Under the pieces are notes generated by a model that had not been told where the DNA came from, searched no databases, and was given only the letters and a program-made list of their open reading frames with translations. This document shows, one piece after another, positions 31,236-32,000 of a DNA stretch of 32,000 nucleotides (within the stretch, counting starts at the first letter, position 1; every line of letters begins with the position of its first letter). This DNA is from Crocosphaera sp. (lineage in GTDB: Bacteria > Cyanobacteriota > Cyanobacteriia > Cyanobacteriales > Microcystaceae), in contig JASJDW010000020.1 in NCBI GenBank assembly GCA_030064955.1, positions 4,310-36,309 on the forward strand. The letters are read 5' to 3'. A program made the translations under genes and the position numbers.

Positions 31236-32000
31236 ATGAATTTAGACCAGATTCACTATTTTTTAGCCATTGTTGAAACAGAAAGCTTTACCCAAGCTGC
31301 GGAGAAATTACTACTTTCTCAACCTTCCCTATCTAGTGCCATTAAAAAACTTGAACGGGAATTAGGGGTTATTTTATTTGATAGAGGGGGAAGACGTACC
31401 ACATTAACCCCCGCAGGAGAAGTTTTTTTAACAAAAGCTAGACAAATTCTCGAAGACTATGAACAAGCACTTTATCAACTTAGAGACTTCCATAAACAAC
31501 CAACGCTAAGATTAGGAATTCTCTCTACTTTATCTATTGCTAGTGTTGCTGGATTAATTCGTTGTTTTCGTCAAGAACATCCTGATATTATTCTTGAACT
31601 TCGTAGTAGTCATGCCGATGATCTTGATCGTTGTTTAGCAGAAAAAGAAATTGATTTAGCCATTACAGCATTAAATGAAACAGATAATACTGAAACTTCC
31701 CTAACATTATTTAATCAACATTTCTTATTAGGTGTTCCTTCCATTCATCCTTTTGCTCAAAGGGAAATTATTAACCTCAATGAATTAGATAATCAACCCT
31801 ATATTCAACGGATTAACTGTGAATTTTGGCGTGCTGATCCCTTAATATATGAATCAGCAGGAGTCTATCCTAATATGATTTATCGCGCTGACTGTGAAGA
31901 ATGGGTAATCGCTTTAATTCAAGCAGGGTTTGGTATGAGTGTCATGCCTGAATGGAAAAATTTATCAAATGTAGTCTATGTTGATATTGAAGAAATGAAT
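31236..32000 (+). CDS. LysR-family transcriptional regulator (3' end beyond the window)
   Basis: ORF from ATG 31236, open to the window end; absent from the ORF track. My translation is MNLDQIHYFLAIVETESFTQAAEKLLLSQPSLSSAIKKLERELGVILFDRGGRRTTLTPAGEVF..., the canonical LysR wHTH, followed by a substrate-binding domain. Confidence 0.85.
   Translation, partial: MNLDQIHYFLAIVETESFTQAAEKLLLSQPSLSSAIKKLERELGVILFDRGGRRTTLTPAGEVFLTKARQILEDYEQALYQLRDFHKQPTLRLGILSTLSIASVAGLIRCFRQEHPDIILELRSSHADDLDRCLAEKEIDLAITALNETDNTETSLTLFNQHFLLGVPSIHPFAQREIINLNELDNQPYIQRINCEFWRADPLIYESAGVYPNMIYRADCEEWVIALIQAGFGMSVMPEWKNLSNVVYVDIEEMN

Noticed and set aside
1-32000. Heptamer tracts and the R1/R2 repeats as a possible CRISPR array; also tRNA, rRNA or riboswitch candidates.
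   Set aside because: There is no series of regularly spaced 25-40 bp repeats with unique spacers. The tracts are contiguous 7-mers and R1/R2 occur only twice. I found no cloverleaf-like or rRNA-like sequence and no recognisable riboswitch core.
1-32000. Frequent GCGATCGC palindromes (for example near 2424, 5104, 9792, 11642, 15065, 18727, 22907, 26451, 27061, 27167, 27477, 27637, 28593) as a locus-specific signal.
   Set aside because: This is the HIP1 octamer, known to be over-represented genome-wide in many cyanobacteria. It is useful as taxonomic evidence, not as a feature of this locus.

Overview
This 32-kb chromosomal segment reads as a unicellular cyanobacterium: AT-rich codon use, at least 13 copies of the HIP1 octamer GCGATCGC, and DUF29, DUF1995, PEP-CTERM, InrS-type and icfG-type genes. 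The species cannot be determined from the window. I support about 38 protein-coding genes and find no rRNA, tRNA or CRISPR array. Left to right: a truncated Ser/Thr kinase; a Nu-class GST followed by a 167-bp MITE-like element with flanking direct repeats; DUF4126 and DUF1995 genes; a frameshift-split RTX (hemolysin-type Ca-binding) gene with a decayed 5' paralog fragment nearby; a polyphenol oxidase with plant-like C-terminal domains; hspA; a hemD-like gene; DUF29; an InrS-like metal sensor; and a sugar nucleotidyltransferase fused to a phosphomannomutase-like domain whose catalytic motifs look degenerate. Next is a complete IS605-type element (tnpA/tnpB, about 12082-14072) whose right end supplies the last codons of an RsbW-type kinase gene. 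The headline locus is an eight-gene minus-strand cluster (14.0-22.1 kb). It mixes a full partner-switching set (HAMP-PP2C phosphatase, two STAS proteins, RsbW-type kinase) with GlgX isoamylase, an AGE-family protein and two ABM-domain proteins, and no sigma factor is present. It looks like an expanded relative of the poorly understood Synechocystis icfG cluster. Further right: an NTF2-like/CMD/DJ-1/OYE redox cluster; an AT-rich accessory stretch (25-28.3 kb) holding a PEP-CTERM protein, a MazF toxin with an overlapping antitoxin missing from the ORF track, a second DUF29 gene bracketed by ~96-bp direct repeats, and ~0.6 kb of gene-poor DNA with a candidate small ORF or sRNA; a leaderless GH13 amylase with a CBM20 starch-binding domain; and a PRX-like thiol protein divergent from a LysR regulator. 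All product calls rest on motifs read by eye. No database search or folding computation was possible.
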